Shown one piece after another: positions 39,973-51,500 of a stretch of 64,000 nt of DNA. The notes below the pieces were generated by a model. That model was not told the origin of the DNA and did no database searches. It saw only the letters and a program-made list of their open reading frames with translations. Where the stretch lies: IMG/VR virus record IMGVR_UViG_3300042377_000720. One strand, written 5' to 3'. The translations under genes were made by a program, and so were the position numbers. This DNA is from an uncultured virus (IMG/VR IMGVR_UViG_3300042377_000720) (Duplodnaviria; Heunggongvirae; Uroviricota; Caudoviricetes). Numbering within the stretch: the stretch's first letter is position 1; the number at the start of each line of letters is the position of its first letter.

Positions 39973-42900
39973 ATGATACAGAAACATAGAATTTCCACGA
40001 ATATAGGTAGAGACCAAAAGGTTACTGTCGAGTTAAAACAAGACTATGACCTTTTAGAGATTTTATCCTTAAAATTTACTCAAGTTGATGCATATTCTTC
40101 AATGTGCTCCGACTATGGTGTTGTTGTGGGTAGAATTTCTGTAAATAATGGATTTGGTGTCCCGAACGCAAGGATTTCAATATTCATACCCATCACAGAG
40201 GAAGATTCAAACGACCCTGTAATATCTGCACTATATCCATTCACAACCGTTACAGACAAGAATGAAGACGGTTATAGATACAATCTTTTACCGAGTAGAC
40301 AACAACACGGAGGACATGCCCCTACGGGAACATTTCCTGACCAAAAAGATGTTTTAAATCGAGAAGAGATTCTTGAAGTTTACGAAAAATATTACAAATA
40401 CACTACTAAGACAAACGATGCGGGTGACTTCATGATTTGGGGGGTACCACTTGGTACACAAACAATCCATGTTGATGTAGATTTATCCGATATCAGTTGT
40501 TTTTCATTAAGACCTGATGATTTTATCCGTCAAGGTATGGGTGTTGATTCATTTAAAAATGAATACACTTACAAAGGGTCTCAAGATATTGATTCATTAC
40601 CTCAAATTGTATCGTTTAATCAAACAATTGAAGTTTACCCGTTTTGGGGAAATGAAGATTTATGTGAAATAGGAATCACAAGAACCGACTTTGATTTATC
40701 AGATAAAGGTGTTCGTATTGAACCTAAGGCGTATATCCTTGGAGGTACGTTTGCCGATACAGGTAAGAGTTCGGTGAACAAGAACTGTACCCCAAGAAAA
40801 AAAATGGGTAGAAAATGTGACCTCGAATCAAGAAAAGGTAAGATTGAGGCGATTCGATTCAGTAGTAAAAAAGACAATAAATTCAGACCAATATTGGAAA
40901 ATGTCGATATCAATGAAGATATTGATGAGGATGGTTCATTCATTCTTCCAGTTGTGATGAATATGGATTATCAATTTACCAATGAGTTTGGTGAAAATGA
41001 ATATACCAATGACCCAAATAAGGGTATCCCAACATCCGCATGTTATCGTTTTAGATTTAGTCTTTCAGATGACGGAATGGAAAGAGTTAGGAGAAATGCC
41101 GATTATTTGGTACCAAATATTAGAGAATACTCCGATAGTAATTTAAACACGGATAAATCATACGCATTTTCAACTAACTATGATGATTACCCAACACATG
41201 CGGTTAATAATTATATTTTAAATAATACTGATGGATTTTATTATCCTGAAGATTATTTTTATCGAGTAACCTTTAATAAAGTTTATACCGTATCATCATT
41301 TCAAGGGTCATATTTTAAAGGTAGTACATTCACTAGAGACAGATTTTTAGGTCTAAAAGAATTAGTACCATCGGAAGAGGAGGATTGTTCTGGAAGTGCG
41401 GTTACTCCACCTGTTAATTTTGGTTTTAAAAATTATACATTTCAATTGTTGATTGCGGATGTTCTTTTATTGTTTGAACACTTAATAAATCTATTTACGT
41501 TTTTCTTAACAAATGTCGTTGCATATTTTTTACACGGATTAGCGGACGGTGTTAATTTTTGGCCGATTAGGAGGTTATCAGTAAGAATTAGAAGGGGGGC
41601 ATATAGTTTTCAAAATGCAACACAGAGAAAATTATATTTAATCAATTACCCCGAATGCGAAGAATGTAACGGTGAAAGTGAATTTGGTACCTCATTAGGG
41701 GGTGGTGTTGTCGATTATTGCAGTGTAGGTGAAGTTGATATTACGGGTACTAGTGATGAATTAAATAGGGTATTGGTAGTTTCGAATGATATATATTATC
41801 CAACAAACCCATACACCCCACCAACTTGTACGGGGTCAACACTCATATGGGACACAGACCAAAACATTAGTGCAAATAATTTTATAAGCACCCAAACAAA
41901 CTATGTTTTAGTTTATACAACAACTGGAGGTACGGTCAATGTTATTGAATTGAATCCATCTGGTTCTGAATATTTTACAATTACCAATGAATATGATGCA
42001 ACCGACCCACTTAACCTAATTCTAACCGGATATTCATTAACATTTACCGACAATTTGGGTATCTTCAGTGATACCAATGGGGGAATCCCATTTAGTTGTT
42101 TAATTAAAGATAAAAATGAACCGGTATCGAGTTCATCATCAACAACCGCAATTGAAGGGGGGTGTGATTTATACGACGTACCATATAACGAAAACATTGT
42201 GGACACGTACTATGTGGGTACCGGTTCCGGTCGAGTTGGATATACCTATAGTACATTACCTCCCGGTTCGGACGTTAGTGCAACTAAATTATCGGACCAA
42301 GGAAATTATTATTTACCAACGGGATATGAAGGTGACACATACACACCAAATACGTTAGGTGGGGCAACGGAATTTAGTAATGGTGTTTTTTATTACACAC
42401 CCGGAACCCAAACTGCAACAAGAATTTTTGATATATTAAAAGAATATAGAAGAAGAAAGAGAGTGGGTACCATGTTTTGTGGTGGTATTGTAAATTATAG
42501 TTTCATTGATAACTGGTTAAGTGGTTCATTATATTTCTTCCTATTCAAAGCAAAAGTTAGATGGGACAACGAAGAGGAATTAGATTTAAATGTCGCACGT
42601 ACAAATTATTGTGAAGATTTAGTTTACTTTAAAGTTAGTGAGTCAGTTAGTGGAACTGCGGTTAAAAGATTTTATTATCGTTCAACAAAATCATCGGGAC
42701 TTGGGGTTTTTACGGGGCAAAGATATACCCCATCAGTTCAAAGATTACCGGTGCCGATTGATGGAGACGAACAAATACGATTGGGTCACCCTACGACCAT
42801 GGTTGATTTAGGTCCAAGAGATGAATTCATAAAAGAAATTTGTACTGACCCAACACTTGACCCAAATTGTTCTGTTGTTAGGTCAATAGGGCCAACATCA

Positions 42901-43854
42901 TTCCAAAGTTTTGGTGAACTACTTGGTTTAGTTATTAATTATAGATTAGATACCGAAGCAAATGATGAATTTAGTTTAAATGAGTTTTTCGATAACGATG
43001 GATTCAATAAATCTGGTTACGGAAAGAAAGTTCTAGATGGTGACATTTTACAATTAATATCAATCAACAATGAGGTGGGAATTGAGGAGTTTAATTTACA
43101 AAGTCCAAAGTACCTTGGATATTCATACCAAAAACTAGACCCTGAAACTTACCCTGCGGTGTTTAAAAACGGAACATCAGTTTGGGGACCAACACCAATC
43201 ACTTTGGAACTTGATTTAGACGGACAACGAGTTCGAGTATGTTTAAATGAACCGGGTAGATTAACAGAATCATCACAAAATATTCCATTCTTCTTATGGG
43301 ATAAAAAAGGGACGGGATTTGGACCATATAATGATGCAACCAAAGACAACCAATCTTGGGAGTATAGATACATTGAATCTCAACCACTACAAGGTATGAC
43401 TTATGGTTATACGTTAACAGGTGGAACTAATGACCCATCCGACAAATATCTTTTGTTACCGATGACATACACTTTTAGTGGTTTAACAATAACAGGGGAT
43501 ACAACTGATTTTGTTGAATTTGATGTGGTTTCAACCACACCATTGACAATACCGGGAATTTATGATGACCAATATCCCGGATTTACTTATTTACATGTAA
43601 CATCAGGAACGATTGCCTCACCAATTTCAGGAACACTTTATACGAGATACGGAACCGCAGGAACTTGGCACACATTATCGTGGAATAATACAATGGATTT
43701 CATAATAAGAAAAACACAAGATTATTACTCGAGTCAAAAACAAATACTATCAACACCATTCCAATTCTATTTTGGTTTAAGACCGGGTAACACTGGAGTG
43801 GATAAATTTATTAAAAGGTTCGGACCATTAGGTGCGTTCCCATCGGCAGAATAA
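39973..43854 (+). CDS. large structural protein with carboxypeptidase-regulatory-like domain and a hydrophobic segment
   Basis: GRISVNNGFGVPNARISIF...TNDAGDFMIWGVPLGTQTIHV; late motif at 39960-39967. Confidence 0.55.
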   Translation: MIQKHRISTNIGRDQKVTVELKQDYDLLEILSLKFTQVDAYSSMCSDYGVVVGRISVNNGFGVPNARISIFIPITEEDSNDPVISALYPFTTVTDKNEDGYRYNLLPSRQQHGGHAPTGTFPDQKDVLNREEILEVYEKYYKYTTKTNDAGDFMIWGVPLGTQTIHVDVDLSDISCFSLRPDDFIRQGMGVDSFKNEYTYKGSQDIDSLPQIVSFNQTIEVYPFWGNEDLCEIGITRTDFDLSDKGVRIEPKAYILGGTFADTGKSSVNKNCTPRKKMGRKCDLESRKGKIEAIRFSSKKDNKFRPILENVDINEDIDEDGSFILPVVMNMDYQFTNEFGENEYTNDPNKGIPTSACYRFRFSLSDDGMERVRRNADYLVPNIREYSDSNLNTDKSYAFSTNYDDYPTHAVNNYILNNTDGFYYPEDYFYRVTFNKVYTVSSFQGSYFKGSTFTRDRFLGLKELVPSEEEDCSGSAVTPPVNFGFKNYTFQLLIADVLLLFEHLINLFTFFLTNVVAYFLHGLADGVNFWPIRRLSVRIRRGAYSFQNATQRKLYLINYPECEECNGESEFGTSLGGGVVDYCSVGEVDITGTSDELNRVLVVSNDIYYPTNPYTPPTCTGSTLIWDTDQNISANNFISTQTNYVLVYTTTGGTVNVIELNPSGSEYFTITNEYDATDPLNLILTGYSLTFTDNLGIFSDTNGGIPFSCLIKDKNEPVSSSSSTTAIEGGCDLYDVPYNENIVDTYYVGTGSGRVGYTYSTLPPGSDVSATKLSDQGNYYLPTGYEGDTYTPNTLGGATEFSNGVFYYTPGTQTATRIFDILKEYRRRKRVGTMFCGGIVNYSFIDNWLSGSLYFFLFKAKVRWDNEEELDLNVARTNYCEDLVYFKVSESVSGTAVKRFYYRSTKSSGLGVFTGQRYTPSVQRLPVPIDGDEQIRLGHPTTMVDLGPRDEFIKEICTDPTLDPNCSVVRSIGPTSFQSFGELLGLVINYRLDTEANDEFSLNEFFDNDGFNKSGYGKKVLDGDILQLISINNEVGIEEFNLQSPKYLGYSYQKLDPETYPAVFKNGTSVWGPTPITLELDLDGQRVRVCLNEPGRLTESSQNIPFFLWDKKGTGFGPYNDATKDNQSWEYRYIESQPLQGMTYGYTLTGGTNDPSDKYLLLPMTYTFSGLTITGDTTDFVEFDVVSTTPLTIPGIYDDQYPGFTYLHVTSGTIASPISGTLYTRYGTAGTWHTLSWNNTMDFIIRKTQDYYSSQKQILSTPFQFYFGLRPGNTGVDKFIKRFGPLGAFPSAE

Positions 43855-45596
43855 TGGATAAGAAAAGAATCATATTACCCAAAAAGAAATTCTTCGGAGC
43901 GATTGATGAAGATTTAAGTCTAAAAATAAATTTAGATGAATCTAAAAACTTGCTCAGAGAAGGAGATAGGACTGTTATTCTTGATATGTCGGTATTATTC
44001 GCCAAAGAAAGAAACGAAAGTCCAAACTATAAGATACATGGAAAACTAAGAATGGTTTTTAGAAACATGTATAGTGGTTCGACAACATATGACCCATTAT
44101 CTACATCTATTTATGTTGTGGACGATACGGGTACCAACTTCGATGGATTTTTACCGTACAATGAGTTTGCATTTTTAAGAGAAGATGTTATAAGGGAAAA
44201 AAATGACCCATACTCAACAACAATATTGAGTGCGTTTACACCAAACATTGTTGTTACGGGATTAACAAACCATATTGATATCTCAACCATAACTGCACCA
44301 TATCATAATTGGAATATTTCTTTATCATATGTTTATTCGGGTGATACAAAACACCCAATGAAATATACTTTAACGGGTAATACTGTTTATAGTTTCAAAG
44401 CCGAAGATGGAATTCCATTTAGAGTTACAAATAATGGTTCAACCTATAAATTAACAAGTCCTGTTGAACACGGAATTAAAAAGGGTGAATACATTGTAAT
44501 ATCGGGTGGAACATTAAACAATACCGTACCTGAAACGGGGAGAACCTTTTCTGTTATTTCTGTTGGAGATTCATATTTTAATTCTGAAAATTATGTTTTG
44601 GAAATCTCAAAATCTGAGTTGCCATCGGGTACAACATTATCAACGGTTGTGTTCGGTAAAAGATGCGTTGATAGAAATAGATTATCTGAGACCATTTCAA
44701 CTTACTACGTCCACAAACACAAAGTCTTAACATCGGGTGACGGATACATTTTAGATAAAATGGGATTCGAGTCATCTATTTGGGAAACCGAAAAGAAACT
44801 TGTATTTGAAAACAGTGCTCAAGAAAATGATGTATTGGTTGTCAGAAATAAAATGGAAACATTGGTTTATGACTTTAAAGAACCATTTGTTTTGACGGGA
44901 TTAACAAATAATTTAGGATACCTTCCAACTGATGTTTATGTTTCTATAATTTTTAGAAACGGTAACGGTTATTTTGATTATCCACACAAAGTGGGTTATA
45001 AATTTAATTTTCATGACACATGGATTGACCAACATTTTAGTGGTACAACATCCGTTGAATCAACATTACCTCATGGAACATTTACAAATTCGGGGTATAC
45101 ATTTATTACCGGAGCAACAATACCTGTGGACACGGTATTAACGGGTGCATTTATTGAATATAATCGTTCAGAGTTAAAAGAAAGAGTTGTCAGTGAGGCG
45201 TTTAATAAATTAACATCACCGTCAGCCATTTTTGACCACCAACAAGACGATATGGATTATTATTCGGGAGCATCGGTGAACAATAAAGTCGGTTTATATT
45301 ACCAACCACATCATCGAGTTAAACTTAGACAACTCTCCCCATATATTGAGACATCAAACACAAGTCAAGTTTATGGTTTACCTCAGAATGCAAAATATTT
45401 TGAAGATGAACTATTATGGAAATGGCATGACGTATATGACCATGGATTTATTGACCCCGAAGGATTTGGGACAAATTATTCATTCATTAATAATATTCAC
45501 TATGTAAAAAATGATATTAATTTCTATTTACGTAATGAACAACAATACACCAATAAAACTGATGCGATTAAAAAGGTGATTAAAATAATTTGTTAA
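43854..45596 (+). CDS. putative baseplate/virion structural protein
   Basis: TAATG-coupled in the structural operon; rich in [ST]GxT. Confidence 0.55.
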   Translation: MDKKRIILPKKKFFGAIDEDLSLKINLDESKNLLREGDRTVILDMSVLFAKERNESPNYKIHGKLRMVFRNMYSGSTTYDPLSTSIYVVDDTGTNFDGFLPYNEFAFLREDVIREKNDPYSTTILSAFTPNIVVTGLTNHIDISTITAPYHNWNISLSYVYSGDTKHPMKYTLTGNTVYSFKAEDGIPFRVTNNGSTYKLTSPVEHGIKKGEYIVISGGTLNNTVPETGRTFSVISVGDSYFNSENYVLEISKSELPSGTTLSTVVFGKRCVDRNRLSETISTYYVHKHKVLTSGDGYILDKMGFESSIWETEKKLVFENSAQENDVLVVRNKMETLVYDFKEPFVLTGLTNNLGYLPTDVYVSIIFRNGNGYFDYPHKVGYKFNFHDTWIDQHFSGTTSVESTLPHGTFTNSGYTFITGATIPVDTVLTGAFIEYNRSELKERVVSEAFNKLTSPSAIFDHQQDDMDYYSGASVNNKVGLYYQPHHRVKLRQLSPYIETSNTSQVYGLPQNAKYFEDELLWKWHDVYDHGFIDPEGFGTNYSFINNIHYVKNDINFYLRNEQQYTNKTDAIKKVIKIIC

Positions 45597-45597
45597 A

Positions 45598-46458
45598 ATG
45601 GAAATATTAAGAAAGACCACAAATCAAAACATTATATTAAACACCGAACAAACATTTAAAACTGATTTAGGATGGACGGAGAATGCGGAAGTATTTGAAA
45701 AAGAAATTCTTTATGAGATAATCAATCCAACGGAAAATTATGAGACTGTAAGATACATTCATCAACCTTATGGTGTAACAAAAAGTGGTACGACGTTTCA
45801 ACAAACAGACATATGGTTCTATTTCTATTTTAATCGATATTCATATAACATGTCCAACCCATTGAATCCGATATTGACGGGAGTTACAAGGGAACAAGAT
45901 TATCAATTGGTTGATTTCACATTACAGGAAAATGCGTTAATGTTAAAACAATCCACTGAAAGTTTTTTTAGGTTAGAATTTTATAAAACACCGAATGACG
46001 AGGCTCCGAATAACGCAAATCGAAGAATGGTCTTTGCTAAAAATTTGGCACTACCATTGGGTGAAAAAATTTTCTATACAGGAACTACATCGGGTTCTAC
46101 GGTTCCACTTAATGATTATATATACTTTCCTGTATTTACGGGTTCGAATTATAGAAATAAAGAAAATATGTATTTCTTTTGGTTTACCGATGATTCACCT
46201 TTTAGTGAGACAACCATTACTGGTAATACTTTTTATATGACCGCAAAATTTTATAATGCAAAAGATGGGTCAGTGATTGATTTTACAAACAAAAACGTAC
46301 CATTCACCAATGGGATTGTGGAGGAAGACGATATGTACTATAAAGTGATTATTGATAGGACTAATTTTTCTTATCAAATATTTGAATTTAATGGAAGTAT
46401 CGGACCAAGAATAGGTCAAACAGGAGACCCAATAGATTTTTACGAAAAAATTAGATAA
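45598..46458 (+). CDS. putative virion structural protein
   Basis: In the structural operon; aromatic-rich, with beta-strand-like patterning. Confidence 0.55.
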   Translation: MEILRKTTNQNIILNTEQTFKTDLGWTENAEVFEKEILYEIINPTENYETVRYIHQPYGVTKSGTTFQQTDIWFYFYFNRYSYNMSNPLNPILTGVTREQDYQLVDFTLQENALMLKQSTESFFRLEFYKTPNDEAPNNANRRMVFAKNLALPLGEKIFYTGTTSGSTVPLNDYIYFPVFTGSNYRNKENMYFFWFTDDSPFSETTITGNTFYMTAKFYNAKDGSVIDFTNKNVPFTNGIVEEDDMYYKVIIDRTNFSYQIFEFNGSIGPRIGQTGDPIDFYEKIR

Positions 46459-47564
46459 TGGAAAAGAACACATATAAAATATTAAGAAAAAACATACCTA
46501 ATGTGAGATTACACTCATTATCGGGTCAGTTTTGGTATGATTATTTTGGTAATTGGGTTCCATGGTCGGGAGATACGACTTTACCCCCATCGATTGGATA
46601 TGTGGTTTATAACGTATCGGGAGATGTTTCCGTTGGTTATTATAAATGGTCAGGTTCGGTTTGGACTTCGATTAGTGAATCCGTTGCTGTCGGTAGTTAT
46701 GATGTTCCATTATTTTTAGAAAGTTCGGTCGATGAAATGGGGGTTATGGTTGGTTTTGATGGTAAAATGGAACAGGTTGAACAAATCTGTAATTTTTCAT
46801 ATACCCAAACAGGAAATACCGTACAGGTTTACAATACCGTAGATTCAACTAAAGTGTCTGAAATTCACGTAATTAATTTTACGGTGGATTGGGGTGATGG
46901 TACAACAGGTACCTTAACAACACACACTGGAACCACTTTAAATTCGATTTCTAAGACTTTCTCAACCACAGGTGTGAAAACCATCGCAATCTCAATTGAT
47001 ACCCCGTGGATGAACTTTAAAACACAAAAGAAAGTAACAGTACCTTCAAATATAACAGTTGCAGACCCAATGGGTACATTTAGTGGTTTTACTATACCAT
47101 ACACAACAATTACGGGTCAAACCCTTGATTATTTGAATGATTTAGATTACACTAATAACACAGGTAATACTATTTTTAACTATGCTGCAATGGGTAGAAG
47201 TAGAATTGATGAGAAAAAACTCTATGGTTCAAACACATACTTAGGAATAACAACAGGAACAACATCGGGAATTGTTTACAGTGCCTACACTATCGATAAT
47301 TTATATTATCAAGATTTTGCGGACGGAGTAACAACAATTACGGGTGCAACCTCAGGGTTCACAAAAGAAGAAGTTTTCAATTTAGTACTCACTAGAAACG
47401 AACATTTCTTGGGTTTTATTGATGAACCAACCATTTATTCTGACATATTCGTTGAAAGAGGAAAACAAGGAGTTTTAGAAAAAACTTTACGATTATCTGA
47501 AATTGATAACACCGGAGAAATAGAAATCTACGGAAATGGATATTTTAACATAAGAAAACAATAA
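46458..47564 (+). CDS. putative virion protein with PKD-like domain
   Basis: FTVDWGDGTT...SKTFSTTGVKTI. Confidence 0.55.
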   Translation: MEKNTYKILRKNIPNVRLHSLSGQFWYDYFGNWVPWSGDTTLPPSIGYVVYNVSGDVSVGYYKWSGSVWTSISESVAVGSYDVPLFLESSVDEMGVMVGFDGKMEQVEQICNFSYTQTGNTVQVYNTVDSTKVSEIHVINFTVDWGDGTTGTLTTHTGTTLNSISKTFSTTGVKTIAISIDTPWMNFKTQKKVTVPSNITVADPMGTFSGFTIPYTTITGQTLDYLNDLDYTNNTGNTIFNYAAMGRSRIDEKKLYGSNTYLGITTGTTSGIVYSAYTIDNLYYQDFADGVTTITGATSGFTKEEVFNLVLTRNEHFLGFIDEPTIYSDIFVERGKQGVLEKTLRLSEIDNTGEIEIYGNGYFNIRKQ

Positions 47565-47589
47565 AAATTATATTTATTAATAAAAAAAC

Positions 47590-48507
47590 ATGGCAGTAGG
47601 AAGTTACGGAATTATAAGACCCGCGGACGTTTCTCCAGAAGATGTGGAAATTTACTTCCACTATGTATCGGGAAGAACGAGTGATGCAACTGCGACTTTA
47701 AAAAGACTTAGTACTAATGATGTACTAACACCTGTATTCCATAATACGGATACAACAGACGATACGAGTGCTCCCGATGTGGAAATTTTGGGTGGTTTGT
47801 ACAATTTAAAATTAACCGCTGCAGATTTTTCTGATTTAGGTATCTATACTTTACACATCAGACCTAAACAAATTCGCACAACAATTACTGATTGTGGTAT
47901 TTTAGCGTCGTTACCATCCGTTAGAGGATTGGTTATCGATTTAAGTAATGTACCATCGGCTGATAGAAATAAATTTACCCCACAAGGGTTGGTTGGTTAT
48001 AGAGTTGAGTATATTAACTCATCAGACAATAAGAAGGTGTCTAACTTTTATAGAATCGTTACGTCGTCTTTCTATTGTACACCAATTGTATCAAACTTAA
48101 CTAGTACTTCACAAAAGTCTATTAGATATCAATACAGTGAACAGGCTACGAACTTGATGTTCTTAACGGTAACACCATCTTCGGCACCTTCGAATAAACC
48201 AAACACGGTTCCATTCATTGGTACTCCATCACAAAAAATTATTTTATCTAACACCTACTTCAACCCAACAACTGTTGAGATTGAAATGGTTGAACATGAC
48301 GCAACTACGTTAGCACACGCATTATACGGTAATCAAAGTAAGGCGATTTCTCAAGGTATCTACACGATATACGATAATAACAATAACATCTATAGACAAT
48401 ACAATCTTTACGAAGTTAAGGACGAGTTTAATGAAACATTATACGAAGTTCGTGAAGAGAGAACAGATATTGATGAAACCTTAAATTTTGATACGATTAC
48501 TGTATAA
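47590..48507 (+). CDS. putative virion structural protein
   Basis: TATTTAT at 47571-47577; coupled to the 2703-aa gene. Confidence 0.55.
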   Translation: MAVGSYGIIRPADVSPEDVEIYFHYVSGRTSDATATLKRLSTNDVLTPVFHNTDTTDDTSAPDVEILGGLYNLKLTAADFSDLGIYTLHIRPKQIRTTITDCGILASLPSVRGLVIDLSNVPSADRNKFTPQGLVGYRVEYINSSDNKKVSNFYRIVTSSFYCTPIVSNLTSTSQKSIRYQYSEQATNLMFLTVTPSSAPSNKPNTVPFIGTPSQKIILSNTYFNPTTVEIEMVEHDATTLAHALYGNQSKAISQGIYTIYDNNNNIYRQYNLYEVKDEFNETLYEVREERTDIDETLNFDTITV

Positions 48508-51500
48508 TGGCAACAACAAAGGTACCGAGTCAGGCAGCGAACGGTGGGCAAACATTTAGCGATAACTTAGTTGGTAGACAAATCACCAACGGAAGTTCCG
48601 CGCTGACTAATACCAGTTTTGATATTGATAAAACGATACCTTCAAAGGATGCAAAAAATTTCAAAAACAACCCATTTTCAGATTTTTTAACTTTAGATAA
48701 TTTAAAAGAAGAAACATCTGCTGTTGTTACCCAAAATAAAACAGCACAGGAAAAGAAATCCTCAATTCGTTTTAAAAGTAATAAGAAAAACGCCGACAAA
48801 TCTTTATTCGGTTCATTAAAAGACAGAATTTTAGTATCGGTTACTCGTATTATCAATAAGTTTCCCGGTGGTTTAAGTGTTGAGGGTGGTGGACCCATTG
48901 GAAGTAATTCATATACCGCATTCAATGCGTCTTATGATATTAATCTTAATAGAACAACATTCTATGTTGAAAGAGCAAAACTCTTTAACCCATTTGATGT
49001 TTCACTTATTGAACCAAACAGTGCAATTAAACCTACAACTGAAAACGAGATAAGAAACTTATACTCATCATATAGTAAGTACGTTGCGGTTTTTAGTGGT
49101 AACACATACCCTGTCATTGAATACACACAACCGAATTCGGCAAACGAAATTAAGTTTGTTGTCTTAGGTAATCCACTTAGTGGGTCTACAACATATTCAT
49201 CTAATTTTTTACTTAGACCAAATGACGGTATCGTTGAAGAGTTCTTCAATGGTTTGGATGATTTGGAAGAGGCGTTATTAAATAGAGAAACAAATCCTAT
49301 TTACACTGCAAGTTTCCAAATACCAATGGATAACAGTGATGGTTCAAGAACCACATTACAAAACGTTGAATATACTTGGCCGTTATCGTCAGATAATTGG
49401 AACATCAGAATTGCAGGACTTGACTACGAATCATATGTTGAAAATCTGAGTGATATCTCAGACCAAATAGATGACTACAAATCTAACTTAATGGTTAGAT
49501 TCTTAGCGTCTCCACAATTATTTGAATTTGACACTGAAGACCAAAAGGCGGAAAGTGTTTTCCAATTATATGGACAAAGTTTCGATAAGGTAAAAAAATA
49601 CATTGACAACATTGCTTACATGAGAAATGTAAGTTATGATGGTATCAACAATTTACCCGACGTATTATTAAAAAACTTATCACAAAATTTAGGTTTATCG
49701 TCAATTAATTTATTTGATGAAAAATCATTAGAGGATGTTTTATATTCAAGACAAGACTCAAGTTATGGGGGTGTTTCCAAAGGATTCAACCTTATTGATG
49801 CCGAATATGAATTCTATAGAAGACTTTTAGTAAACTTGGCGTTTATCTTTAAATCAAAAGGTACAAGAGCGGGTATTGAGTTTTTCTTAAAATTCTTAGG
49901 TGCACCTGAACCATTAATAAAACTTGACGAGTACATTTACCGAGTTGAATCTATTCCGGGAAGTTTTGATTTGGAACAAGACATCTACGATGTCATCCAA
50001 GGTGAAAAAACATACACAACTGCGACATTTAACCTTACAGGTTACACATACGAAACATCAACAGTAACGGGAACAACAAATTTCGATAGAGATGGTTACC
50101 CTGTTGACCCCGATACCTTATTACCAAGAAGGGCATTCAACCAAACGGACGAAATATTCTTTGAAAAGGGTTCAGGTTGGTACGACATTACGTTAGACCA
50201 CCGTACACCAACGATATTGGATACTGAAAACTCAATTCTAACTGGATTAACAAAAACAATCAAAACAAAAAACAAACCATACACTTATGGTGAAAATTAT
50301 TTTGATGTTTTTAGAACGTTACCGGGGTTAGATACGGGTTATGGTCTTAAAACAGAAATCGATAACAAGAAAACACATTCTGTTGAAGATGATTCATTAT
50401 TAATTTTAAACAGAAAAAACATTAATGTTCATATCTCCCCATCAAAAGGTATTGATTATGACATATATAGAAGAGGTAGAAACTTAAATCTATCTTTTGG
50501 TACTAATAATAATTTGGTACCACAAACAGGTGTAACATTTGCCGAATTCGTAGATAAATTTATACATGGTACAATAAAAAATTCTAATACGATTAGATAT
50601 AAGAAAAATTATATTGTTCTCGAAGACATTTATAGAGATTATATTTCCCAAGTTGGATTTAGTCCTTATGGTTTCATCGATGTAAATGAATTTGTTGATA
50701 AAATCACACCATATTGGGTCCAACTAATTGAACAATTAGTTCCGGCAACAACATTGTGGACGGGTGGTAATCTAATAGAAAATAATCTATTTGGAAGACC
50801 AAAATACCCTTACATATTCGATTGCCAACCAATGGAGTTTGTTGAAAATTTATATCCCGATTTCGAAACCGCAATTGAGGAAGATTTAGAAACCTTACTT
50901 GGTGAAGAAAGTAACTTCAGGGGGTTAATCAATTTAACTGGTGTAACATATTACCCCACAATTGAAATTGATGGTATTGTTTACGGTGGTCCGTCATTTA
51001 GTGATTTAACATCAGCAATGACAGTGGTTGTTAGTGGGACAACTAACACAACAAATAGTGCACAATTGTACAATCCATTCCCAATGGATGACTGTACGGA
51101 TTTAACAAGTAATGATGCCGTTAATTTGGCTCTTATTTGTGATTATAAAGATTATTTAGAACCTGATATTGTTAAGATTAAACAATTATGGTTAAGTGCA
51201 TTATCTGAACTTATTAGTGTTATCACTATAACAAGATATACTGCGGGATATGAAGACTATGACCCATTCTTAGGTGCAACAGGTCAAACATATACAACTG
51301 AAGAAGTACCAATGGTTAGTTATGAACTGTTTACTGATGTAAATGGTGAAGAGATGATTAGATTCTCTTCAATTAAGTACGGTATTGGAGATTGTTCGGT
51401 AAAAGATTATTTTGATTATCGATTTGAGGCGGATTATGAGACAACAAAGAATGTTGTTGAAATGAGTGTCGAGGTAAGAGGAGATGGTCAATACTATTGT

